NCBI RefSeq assembly: GCF_963921235.1
Contig: NC_086109.1
Coordinates: 9,178,001-9,242,000 of the forward strand
Source: Mobula hypostoma
Taxonomy: Eukaryota
Direction of reading: 5' to 3'
DNA: 64,000 nucleotides
Under the pieces are notes generated by a model. That model searched no databases, was not told where the DNA came from, and worked only from the letters and a program-made list of their open reading frames with translations. The stretch's first letter is position 1. The number at the start of each line of letters is the position of its first letter. This document shows positions 38,601 through 49,477 of this stretch, in pieces. Position numbers and translations under genes: made by a program.

Positions 38601-39294
38601 CCTTGGCGCCACAGAGACAGGAATGAACATCACGGGAGAGCGAGTGGAATCAGCCCGATCCTCGCCTCTGGTCCCCACACTTGGGTTTTCCGGGTCTATC
38701 CGGACAGGTGTTTAAATGGTCCAAGCACCGTGGCCTCGCTCTGGGACCCAGATGCCGGTGGAGCAACACGCTTGGGCCACTCAGCCCGAAGCCATTCTCG
38801 GTCCCACCAAATCAGATCGGCACTCGAAGTGATCCAACCTCGCACCCGGGTCAGGTAGGCGGGCATCGAAACTCTTCCACATCGACTCCTCTCCAAATCG
38901 CTCACCCCAACTCCATCTGCAACCCCGTCTTGAAGACGATGTGCCTCAGTTTTGCGATGCCCCCGCGCGGCCCACCCTTCAAATCAGCTTCGCCTCCGCT
39001 TGGTTCCTCATTGTTTGCAGTGATAGTTTACCACAACTTACTTCAGAAAAAGGTGTCACGCATGATGAATTTAGTCGAATTTCTTGCCCCTTGAACTGCC
39101 AGTGCACTATCTTAGACCGGAAGTTTAAGATGAAGGGCCTCAGCCTGAAACGGCAACCGTTCGTTCTCCTCCATAGGAGCTGCCTGACTGACTGACTTCC
39201 TCCAGCACTTTGTGTGTGTTGCCCCAGCATTTTCTGTTCTACTGGTTTTTAAACCCTAGCAACTGCAGTTTTGTTTGATACAAAAATAACTCAC

Positions 39295-39498
39295 TGGCCG
39301 TGAATTGGTTTGAAAAACCCGTACAAATGATTATTGGAAAGAATACGCAGTGGAAGCCTCCAGGAAGGCTGCACAGCCAGTGGTCTTCTCGGTAGCATCT
39401 GATTGTACTTAAGGAAGGCAGTTAAACTCCATTTATCTACAGATGCTTTTGTCCTTGCCTTCTCCATCTCCCTGACCTCCTCCAGCCCTGAAGGCAGT
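39295..39498 (-). other. Candidate 204-nt coding exon of an unidentified gene
   Basis: Acceptor TTCTTTCTAATCGTTGACAG, donor GTGAGT, one open frame (LPSGLEEVREMEKARTKASVDKWSLTAFLKYNQMLPRRPLAVQPSWRLPLRILSNNHLYGFFKPIHG), length divisible by 3, non-repeat context. Protein not recognised. Confidence 0.3.
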
Positions 39499-39817
39499 CT
39501 GTCAACGATTAGAAAGAACAGTTTGCTGGAGCTATGACTGAGAGATTTAAAAAAAAGAGACAAAAAAAAAATCGAAGTCATGCCATCATAAGTGAAAGCC
39601 AAGTGATCTAAGTTATTACTTTGTGGGTTGTGCATTGTTTTACACCGTAACAAGATTAAGAATGAAAACTTTTCAAATTTCATAGGGTTTCATAGTGAAA
39701 TTCAAGATTGTTTTATGTCATTTCCATTACACGTGTAAAGGAGAACTAAAATAATTGTTACTCTGGATCCGATGCAGCACAAAAAAAACATGATAATGAA
39801 CACAATTTTAAGAAAGC

Positions 39818-42800
39818 ACAAGACTGTAAGACCATATGATACAGAAGCAGAAGTAGGTCATTCGGCCCATTGAATTTGCTCCGCCATTCAATCATGGGCG
39901 GATCCAATTCTTCCACTCATCCCCACCCCCCCTGCCTTATCCCTATACCCTTTGATGCCCTGGCTAATCAAGAACCTATCTCTCTCTGCCTTAAATGCAC
40001 CCGATGACTTGGCCTCCACAGCTGCTCATGGCAATAAATTCCACTGATTTAACACTCTCTGACTAAAGTAATTTCTCTGCATCTCTGTTCTAAATGGACA
40101 TCCTTCAATCCTGAAGTCATGCCCTTGTGTCCTAGACTCCCCTACCATGGGAAATAACTTTGCTATACCTAACCTGTTCAGGCCTTTTAACATTTGGAAT
40201 GTTTCTATGAGATTCCCTCTCATTCTCCTGAACTCCAGGGAATACAGCCCAAGAGCTGCCAGACATTCCTCATACAGTAACCCTTTCATTCCTGGAATCA
40301 TTCTCGTGAATCTTCTCTGAACCCTCTCCAATGTCAGTATATCCTTTCTAGAATAAGGAGCCTAAAACTGCACACAATACTCCAAGTGGGGTCTCACGAG
40401 CGCCTTATAGAGCCTCAACATCACATCTCTGCTCTTATATTCTATACCTCTAGAAATGAATGCCAACATTGCATTCACCTTCTTCACAACTGACTCTACC
40501 TGGAGGTTAAGCTTTAGGGTATCCTGCACAAGCACTCCCAAGTCCCTTTGTATCTCTTCATTTTGAATTCCCTCCCCATCTAAATAATAGTCTGCCCATT
40601 TATTTCTTCCACCAAAGTACGTGACCATACACTTTCCAACATTGCTATTCCTTTTAACACTTCTTTGCCCATTCCCCTAAACTACCCAAGTCTCTCTGTT
40701 TCCTCAACACTACCTGATCCTCCACTATCTTTGTATCATCAGCAAAATTAGCCACAAATCCATTAATCCCATAGTCCAAATCATTGACATACATTGTAAA
40801 AAGCAGCAGTCCCAACACCGACCCCTGTGGAACTCCACTGGTAACTGGCAGCCAGCATAGGATCCCTTTATTCCCATTCTCTGTTTTCTGCTGATCAGCC
40901 AACGCTCCACCATTGCTAGTAACTCCCCTGAAATTCCACGGGCTCTCATCCTGCTAAGCAGCCTCATGTGCGGCACCTTGTCAAAGGCCTTCTGAAAATC
41001 CAAGTACACCACATCTACTGAATCTCCTTTGTCTACCCTGCTGTAATTTCCTCAAAGAATTGCAGTAGGTTTGTCAGGCAGGAGTTTCCTTTCAGGAAAC
41101 CATGCTGGCTTTGGCAAATCTTGTCATGTGCCTCCAGGTACTCCGTAATCTTTTCCCTAACAATCGATTCCAACAACTTCCCAACCACTGATGTCAGGCT
41201 AACAGGTCTGTAGTTTCCTTTCTGCTGCCTCCCACCCTTCTTAAATAGCAGAGTAACATTTGCAATTTTCCAGTCATCCGGTCCAATGCCAGAATCTATC
41301 AATTCTTGAAAGATCATCGTTAATGCCTCCGCATTCTCTCCAGCTACTTCCTTCAGAACCCGAGGGTGCATTCCATCAGCTCCAGGAGATCTATCCACCT
41401 TCAGGCTATTAAGCTTCCTGAGCACCTTCTGATTTGTAGTTTTCACTGCACAAACCTCACTTCCCTGACATTCTTGAATGTCCAGTATCCTGCAGATGTC
41501 TTCCACTGTGAAGACTGATGCAAAATATGCAGTCAGTTCCTCTGCCATCACTGTGTCTCTCATTACAATATCTCCATTGTCACTTTCTATTGGTTCTATA
41601 TCTACCCTCAACTCTCAACTCTCTTTTACCCTTTAGATACTTAAAAAGCTTTTAGCATTTTTTTGATATTAGTTGCCAGCTTTCTTTCATAATTCATCTT
41701 TTCCTTCCTAATAACCTTCTTAGTTTTCTTCTGCAAGTTTTTAAAAAGCTTCCCAATCCTCTATCTTCCCACTAGCTTTGGCTTCCTTGTATGCCCTCTC
41801 TTTTGCTTTTACTTTGGCTCTGACTTCACCTGTCAGCCATGGTAGTGTCCTTCTTCCATTCAAAAATTTGGAATACAGGTTTCCCTCACCATCCGAAGGT
41901 AGGGCGTCCCTATGAAACGGTTTGTAAGCCGGAATGTCGTAAAGCAAAGAAGTAACTTATATGGGAAAAATTTGTGAGCGTTCGCAGACCCAAAAATAAC
42001 CTACCAAATCATGCCAAATAACACATAAAACCTAAAATAACAGTAACATATAGTAAAAGCAGGAATGATATGATAAATACACAGCCTATATAAATTAGAA
42101 ATACTTCTCTATAACGATTGCCTGCACTGTTCTCCATAGCGAAAATCTCACTCAAGCGCTCTCAGCAGAAAATCTCCTGGAAGCGCTCACGGCAGAAACA
42201 CTCTTTCCAGTAACCTTTAAGCTACGAAGCTATCAAATCATACCAAATTAACACATAAAAATACACAGCCGATATAAAGTAGAAATAATGTATGTACAGT
42301 GTAGTATCACTTACCGGTATTGGGACAGCGCTGAGCACACTGATGGTGTGTTAGGCTGAGTCGTTGGAGGTTGGGGTGGTGCAGTGGCCCCCACCCTCTG
42401 GGCAGCGAACTGATACCGATCCGCGAAGCAAGCAGGGGTACAGCAGTAGCCGGGACACATCCAGCACATCTTTAAGAAAAAAGCCGAAATAAACAAGCTA
42501 ATTAATTAGGTGCCGCCCAGCAAGTAATTAATTAGCATGTTTATTTCAGCTTTTTTCTTAAAGATGTGCTGCATGCCTCCCGGCTACCACTGCATTCTCC
42601 GCGAATCGGTATCTGCCCAGGACCCGGGGGTTGGGGTGATGGGTCACTGGGGTGTCATCTCATCGACGACTGTTTCCATTAGGGCAGGCAGCTCATCTTC
42701 TCCTATGACTGCCCGCCTCGATGTTCAAGGTCGCGGTTTGTCGTCTGCTGTGGCTGATGTGGAAGGCTTGAAAAATGACAGTATGCTTGACTGCTGAGCC

Positions 42801-43810
42801 TCGCGAATTTTTCTATCATACAGTTCTTTGTAAGCACTCAAACCATCTTGCAAATATGCCCTAAGCCGATGTACTCTTTCAAAATTAAAGTCGTACTTTA
42901 TCATTGTAGCGAAAATCTCACGCAGTTGCTTCACGTTCAGTTCCTGGACGACTTCACTTTTGGTCCATTCGCTACTGCATTCGGTTTCAATTGTTATCCT
43001 CTCCTCTTCCAAGTGCATCAGCTCTTCATCTATCAGTTCTTGGTCATGGGATGTCAAAACCTCTTCAACATCATCTTCGTCAACTTCCACAAGCCAAACT
43101 CACTTTGTCCTTACTTCATTCACCACGATCGAAACGCTTAATTATGTCTAGTTTTACGCTAAGTGTAACACCCTTACGAGCTCTTTTAGGCTTTTCCGAT
43201 ACCTTAGAACTCATCTTGCTAACGGCTGTTCACAGGCACATGTTTAAGCAATGCCGGCAAGAATGCCGTTCCCGGGGAGAGCGGCTGCTCGGGGCACGCA
43301 CTGCCTTTTTTCGTAACAGTGAAAGCACCTTCTGTTAGTGAAAACAGGTAACTCATGTAGGTCTTTCGTAACAGTGAAGTTTTGTAAAGTGAACGTTCGA
43401 AAAGCGGGGGACACCTGTATATCTGTCTTGCACTTCCCTCATTTTTCACAGAAACTCCAGCCGTTGCTGCCCTGCTGTCCTTGCTGCAAATGTCCCTTTC
43501 CAGTTGGCCAGCTCCCCTCTCATGCCATTGGAATTTCCTTTATTACACTAAGTTACAACGTGTCGGTATTTCAGCTTCTCCTTCTCAAATTTCAAAGTGA
43601 ACTCGATCATATTGTGATCACTGTTCCCTAAGGGTTCCTTAACCTTAAGCTCTCTTATCACCTCTGGATCATTGCACAACACCCAATCCAGCACAGCTGA
43701 TCCCCTAGTGGGCTCAACAACAAGCTGTTCTGAAAAGCCATCCCTTAGACATTCTACAAATTCTCTCTCGAGGTCTGGTTTTCCCCATCCAATTTCATGT
43801 TAAAATCTAA
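39818..43810 (-). mobile_element. Degenerate CR1 LINE interrupted by a Tigger element
   Basis: ORFs 41033-41611, 40725-41012, 40654-40902 (SGVPQGSVLG, FADDTKI), 40362-40628 and 40026-40331 in changing frames; CR1 sequence resumes after 43419. Confidence 0.92.
41876..43417 (-). mobile_element. Tigger/pogo-family deletion derivative
   Basis: TA TSD on both sides; imperfect TIRs CAGGTTTCCCTCACC / revcomp CAGGTGTCCCCCGC; ORF 42725-43090 (DDVEEVLTSHDQELIDEEL...QSSILSFFK) resembles the Tigger/TIGD1 C-terminus. Confidence 0.85.
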
Positions 43811-44324
43811 TTTCATGCATAAAAATACAAATTTGCACAATAGCTTTTTTTTTTGACTCCAGCGACCCTGGTGTTGTTTCCATCAAAGTGGCGATAAATC
43901 GACTCTGTGAAAATTGTTTGCGTCTTACATTTTCTAAATCAAATGTGCCTTGAATATTCCAAAGCCAGCTTGTTTGAAACATCAAGGTATTTCTGACCTT
44001 GGATGGTGAGTTGGTTGGAGGATGTTGTTCCAGTGCATGGGTGTGATATCCCTGTTGCCTTTTGAAAGTGTTTTTGCCATTACAGAAAGCTTTTAAGTCA
44101 AGCCAAGCTGACTCCCAGAAACCTCCCAACCCCACACAGCTATGATATTTTCTGAGAGGCAGTTTAAACAACGGTGGATCACTGTGATATCTTAGCCTCA
44201 AAGTCGCTTTAAATGTTGTTAACAGGAGCTCAGTGCTTCATATTTTCTTGCTTCTGCAAGTTTCATCTTGGTGACCAATCTCCAGTGCAGTACTGAGGGA
44301 ACGCCACTTTGTTTACAGACAGGA

Positions 44325-44790
44325 TCCTTCCACATATTTGAGGGACTGGTCCCAGCTTCGGTGACCAGGCCCTCATGTAGCGGGAGGGTGCGGCGGGGTC
44401 GCCGGCTACAGCCACACAGGGGAGGCGCTGCCGGAGGTAGTGTGGGAGAGGAAAGAGGCGCAGCTGGTGTGCTGGAGTCCGTGCTGGGTCTAGGGCTGGC
44501 CCCTCCCAATAACACTGCCCTCCAGCATGGCAGAAGACAAGCTGGATTGCGTTCATCCATGGCTGCAGTAGCACGAGATGCGCAACTGCTGCGTGCTTGT
44601 TCTTGCAGAAACGTGGCTCCAGGACAACGTCCCACGCACCATCAATCGACAGACCATAACACTCAGGGATTTAGGCTATTATTTTTTGTTACTATGTTTT
44701 TCTGCTGTCGTAACTATATGTGCTAACAAAGTATCTGTCTTGTGCTGTGAATGTTGGTAAATGTGTTTTGCACGTTACTCCTGGAGGACT
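44325..44790 (+). mobile_element. Short Rex-derived non-autonomous element (5' part fused towards a 3' tail)
   Basis: MRNCCVLVLAETWLQD (AP-endonuclease N-terminal ETWL motif) followed by a LINE-like tail ending ATTAAACTTGAACTGAA near 44850. Confidence 0.55.
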
Positions 44791-45196
44791 GCTGTTTTAT
44801 TTGGATATATTCATGTGTATGGCCGAATGATAATTAAACTTGAACTGAAAGCAAATTGGTTGTCCGGCTATGAGAAAGATGCCATCAAGATGCACTGTTA
44901 CTGGGACTGGGAAGGTGGCGGTATCAGGGGAGACTGGACAGGCCTTCCCTGGAGCGAGAGAAGCTGAGAGATGACCTTATGGAGGTTTGCAAAATCACAA
45001 GGGTGCAGATCAGATGGATGACCACAGCTTTGCTCCCAGCTAGGGGGTAGATTCAAAACGGGATCTGAAAAGCAAGTTTCTCCGCACAATCGGAGGTACA
45101 TACATGGAACAAGCAGCCGGGGAAGCAGTGAAGGTTGGTACAATTACACCACTTAAAGGACATTTGGCCAGGTACATGGAGCGGAAAGGCTTAGAG

Positions 45197-45279
45197 CAAG
45201 GGTTCCCAACCTTGGGCCCATGGACGCCTTGCTTAACAGTATTGGTCCATGGGATTAAAAAAAAGGTTGGAAGCCCCTG
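45197..45279 (+). mobile_element. 83-bp Buster-type MITE in a CR1 3'UTR
   Basis: CAAGGGTTCCCAACC...GGTTGGAAGCCCCTG; TSD GCTTAGAG / GTTTAGAG. Confidence 0.8.
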
Positions 45280-45432
45280 GTTTAGAGGGTTATGGGTCAA
45301 ATTTTAGAGGGTTAGGCAAATGGAACTAGCTCTGATAGGAATCTTGTTTGGCAAAGGGCCTGTTTCTGTGCTATATAGCTGTACGACTCCTGTAATCAGT
45401 GTCCTGACTAATGAAGGCCAGTTTTCCAAAAC

Positions 45433-47586
45433 CACATAGAACCATAGAAACTACAGCACAGAAACAGGCCCTTTGGCCCTTCTTGGCTATGCCGAACCAT
45501 TTTCTGCCTAGTCCCACTGACCTGCACACGGACCATATCCCTCCATACACCTCCCATCTATTTATCTGTCCAATTTATTCTTAAATGTTAAAAAAGAACC
45601 CGCATTTACCACCTCGTCTGGCAGCTCATTCCATACTCCCACCACTCTGTGTGAAGCCCCCCCTAATGTTCCCTTTAAACTTTTCCCCCCTCACCCTTAA
45701 CCCATGTTCTCTGGTTTTTTTCTCCCCTTGCCTCAGTGGAAAACGCCTGCTTGCATTCACTCTATCTATACCCATCATAATTTTATATACCTCTATCAAA
45801 TCTCCCCTCATTCTTCTACGCTCCAGGGAATAAAGTCCTAACCTATTCAACCTTTCTCTGTAACTGAGTTTCTCAAGTCCTGGCAACATCCTTGTAAACC
45901 TTCTCTGCACTCTTTCAACCTTATTTATATCCTTCCTGTAATTTGGTGACCAAAACTGAACACAATACTCCAGATTCAGCCTCACCAATGCCTTATACAA
46001 CCTCATCATAACATTCCAGCTCTCATACTCAATACTTTGATTAATAAAGGCCAATGTACCAAAAGCTCTCTTTATGACCCTATCTACCTGTGACGCCACT
46101 TTTAGGGAATTTTGTATCTGTATTCCCAGATCCCTCTGTTCCACTGCACTCCTCAGTGCCTTACCATTAACCCTGTATGTTCTACGTTGGTTTGTCCTTC
46201 CAACGTGCAATACCTCACACTTGTCAGTATTAAACTCCATCTGCCATTTTTCAGCCCATTTTTCCAGCTGGTCCAAGTCCCTCTGCAGGCTCTGAAAACC
46301 TTCCTCACTGTCTACTACACCTCCAATCTTTGTATCATCAGCAAACTTGCTGATCCAATTTACCACATTATCATCCAGATCATTGATATAGATGACAAAT
46401 AACAATGGACCCAGCACTGATCCCTGTGGCACACCACTAGTCACAGGCCTCCACTCAGAGAAGCAATTCTCTACCACCACTCTCTGGCTTCTTCCATCGA
46501 GCCAATGTCTAATCCAATTTACCACCTCTCCATGTATACCTAGCGACTGAATTTTCCTAACTAACCTCCCATGCGGGACCTTGTCAAAGGCCTTACTGAA
46601 GTCCATGTAGACAATATCCACTGCCTTCCCTTCATCCACTTTCCTGGTAACCTCCTCGAAAAACTCCAATAGATTGGTCAAACATGACCTACCACACACA
46701 AAGCCATGTTGACTCTCCCTAATAAGCCCCTGTCTATCCAAATGCTTGTAGATTCTGTCTCTTAGTACTCCCTCCAATAACTTACCTACTACTGACGTTA
46801 AACTCATCGGCCTATAATTTCCCGGATTACTTTTCGATTCTTTTTTAAACAACGGAACAACATGAGCCACTCTCCAATCCTCCGGCACTTCACCCGTAGA
46901 CAGCAACATTTTAAATATTTCTGCCAGGGCCCCCGCAATTTCAGCGCTAGTCTCCTTCAAGGTCCGAGGGAACACTCTGTCAGGTCCCGGGAATTTATCC
47001 ACTTTAATTTTCCTCAAGACAGCAAGCACCTCCTCCTTTTCAATCTGTACAGTTTCCATGGTCTCACTACTTGATTCCCTCAATTCCATAGATTTCATGC
47101 CAGCTTCCTTAGTAAACACAGACGCAAAAAAACCTATTTAAGATCTCCCCCATTTCCTTTGGTTCCGCACAAAGCCGACCACTCTGATCTTCAAGAGGAC
47201 CAATTTTATCCCTTACAATCCTTTTGCTCTTAATATACTTGTAAAAGCTCTTTGGATTATCCTTCACTTTGACTGCCAAGGCAACCTCATGTCTTCTTTT
47301 TGCCCTCCTGATTCTTCCTTAAGTATTTTCTTGCACTTCTTATACTCCTCAAGCACCTGATTTACCCCGTTTCCTATACATGTCATACAACTCCCTCTTC
47401 TTCTTTATCAGAGTTGCAATATCCCTTGAGAACCAAGGTTCCTTATTCCTATTCAATTTGCCTTTAATCCTGACAGGAACATACAAACTCTGCACTCTCA
47501 AAATTTCCCCTTTGAAGGCTTCCCACCTACCAATCGCATCTTTGCCAGAGAACAACCTGTCCCAATCCACGCTTTTTAGATCCTTT
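45433..47586 (-). mobile_element. Young 5'-truncated CR1 LINE with an uninterrupted 497-codon RT reading frame
   Basis: ORF 45626-47119 has all RT motifs (PGNYRPMSLTS, QHGF, DFSKAFD, GVPQGSVLGP, KFADD); frameshifted upstream; no endonuclease domain. Confidence 0.95.
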
Positions 47587-47940
47587 ATCTACCTAAACTA
47601 CCTTTAAGGATCTCTGGACTTGTACTCCAAGATTTGTCTATTCCTCCATGTTCCATGAGAGCCCATCCTTCCTGGAGTATGTCTGAGTGTCTCATTTGTC
47701 TGGATTATGCTCCATCTGCCAACTTTCAGTCCATTTCAACAATGCATTGCTATCTCTCTGCAGCATAAGACTACTTTCCACACTATCAACTCTGTAATCT
47801 TCTGCAGATTTACTGATCATGGTAAATCGATAGTGGTCAATTATTGTACATGTACCACGGGTGACAGAGTGAAGATACTTCTCTACCAAAGGAGGTGTAA
47901 GGCTCACCACCCACCGTGCAAGCCCCTAAAGACAATGATC

Positions 47941-48252
47941 TTATTTTATAGGCATCTGTTAGTCTCATGAGACCATGGATTTGCACCTTGGAAGGTTTCC
48001 AGGGCGCAGGCCTGGGCAAGGTTGTATGGAAGACCAGCAGTTGCCCATGCTGCAAGTCTCCCCTCTCCACGCCGCCGATGTTGTCCGAGCGAAGAGCATT
48101 AGGACCCATACAGCTTGGCACCGGTGTCGTCGCAGAGCAATGTGTGCTTAAGTGCCTTGCTCAAGGACACACACACTGCCTCAGCCAAGGCTGGAACTAG
48201 CGACCTTCAAATCACTGGACGAACACCTTAACCACTTGGCCACATGCCAACA
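47941..48252 (-). mobile_element. tRNA-derived CORE-like SINE
   Basis: Minus strand starts GGCATGTGGCCAAGTGGTTAAGG (A-box) and contains GTGTCCTTGAGCAAGGCACTTAA (CORE-like); 11-bp TSD AAAGACAATGA at 47928-47938 and 48255-48265. Confidence 0.75.
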
Positions 48253-49243
48253 CCAAAGACAATGACCTAGAGTCCATCAAAAACTACTGTCCATCCCAAC
48301 CCTTCAACATCTCAACAGGCCCTCATTCTCACCAACGAGGGAGAACGTGATGGCGCTCCTGCCACAGCGACGGGGGAGGCCAACAGCTCGCTGTTTCAAT
48401 GTTACAGTCTGCAGCGTCGCTTGTTCATTGTAAACATAAAATTCTGTCTACATTGTTACCCGTCTACATTCAGACCGTTACATTTAAGTAGGTAATTATG
48501 GCCGTTGGAATTGTGATTAATCACATTATTATCTTTTGTGTTCAAAAGTGGGTGGAGGAGTGGAGATACATCTCTACCAAAGGATGCGTAAGGTGCTCCT
48601 TCCCTCCGCTAGCCTGCAGGTCACCCTTGGGCAAGGTGTAGCACCTGCTTAGCCCCCGATCAGGGTCACATGAAACCATGGGAGCAGGTGGTGGATGGTT
48701 GTATGAGCAGCTGGTGCATATCACAAGTCCTGGCCGCTTCTGATTGATTACATTGGCTCTCCATTTCTGCAACAGTTCCTTATTTGCTACTCTCTCCTTC
48801 CACTATATTTTCATCATTTTTCTCAAAAACCACATTTCTGCAGCTTCGAGTCTTCCCTTGTTTTACTTTGATATTGTCCAGCATTAGCTTCCGTGTGTTA
48901 GTGTGGAATGAACGTAGCGCCACAACACTCTGAGTTTTGTACCCATAGAAATTATGTTATTCTTTACTACCTTGTTCAAATGCTCAGACATGCATTTATT
49001 TACTTACAGAGATACAGCTCGGAATAGGCCCTTCCGGCCCTTTGTGCCATGCTACCTAGCAATCCCCCAAGTTAACCCTGGCCTAATCACAGGGCAATTT
49101 ACAATGACCAATTAACCTACCAACCGGTACGTCTTTGGACTGTGGGAGAGAAACCAGAGAACCCACACAGGCCCAGGGAGAACATACAAACTCTTTATGT
49201 GTAGTGGCAGAGAGCGTAGAGTCAAAACATCAGATAAACCTCT

Positions 49244-49477
49244 CAACGTAAACACGAGGAATTCTGCAGGTGCTGGAAATTCAAGCCACACCCATCACAG
49301 TTGCTGGTGGACGCAGCAGGCCAGGCAGCATCTCTAGGAAGAGGTACAGTCGACGTTTCGGGCCGAGACCCTTCGTCAGGACTGTCCGGGTCTCGGCCCG
49401 AAACGTCGACTGTACCTCTTCCTAGAGATGCTGCCTGGCCTGCTGCGTCCACCAGCAACTTTGATGTGTGTGGAGTG
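49244..49477 (-). mobile_element. Penelope-like terminal-repeat fold-back insertion
   Basis: Inverted arms ~49288-49371 and 49388-49471; 12-bp TSD AGATAAACCTCT at 49232-49243 and 49478-49489. Confidence 0.85.
49346..49385 (-). ncRNA. Minimal type-I hammerhead ribozyme motif (intact core, 6-bp helix I)
   Basis: ACAGUC CUGACGA A GGGUCUCGGCCC GAAAC GUC GACUGU. Confidence 0.75.

Noticed and set aside
43800..44201. 133-aa minus-strand ORF in non-repeat DNA
   Set aside because: No recognisable motif or convincing splice sites; compatible with chance.
45626..47119. 497-aa RT as an active element, domesticated gene or retron-like system
   Set aside because: Ordinary CR1 ORF2 fragment: 5'-truncated, frameshifted upstream, no endonuclease.
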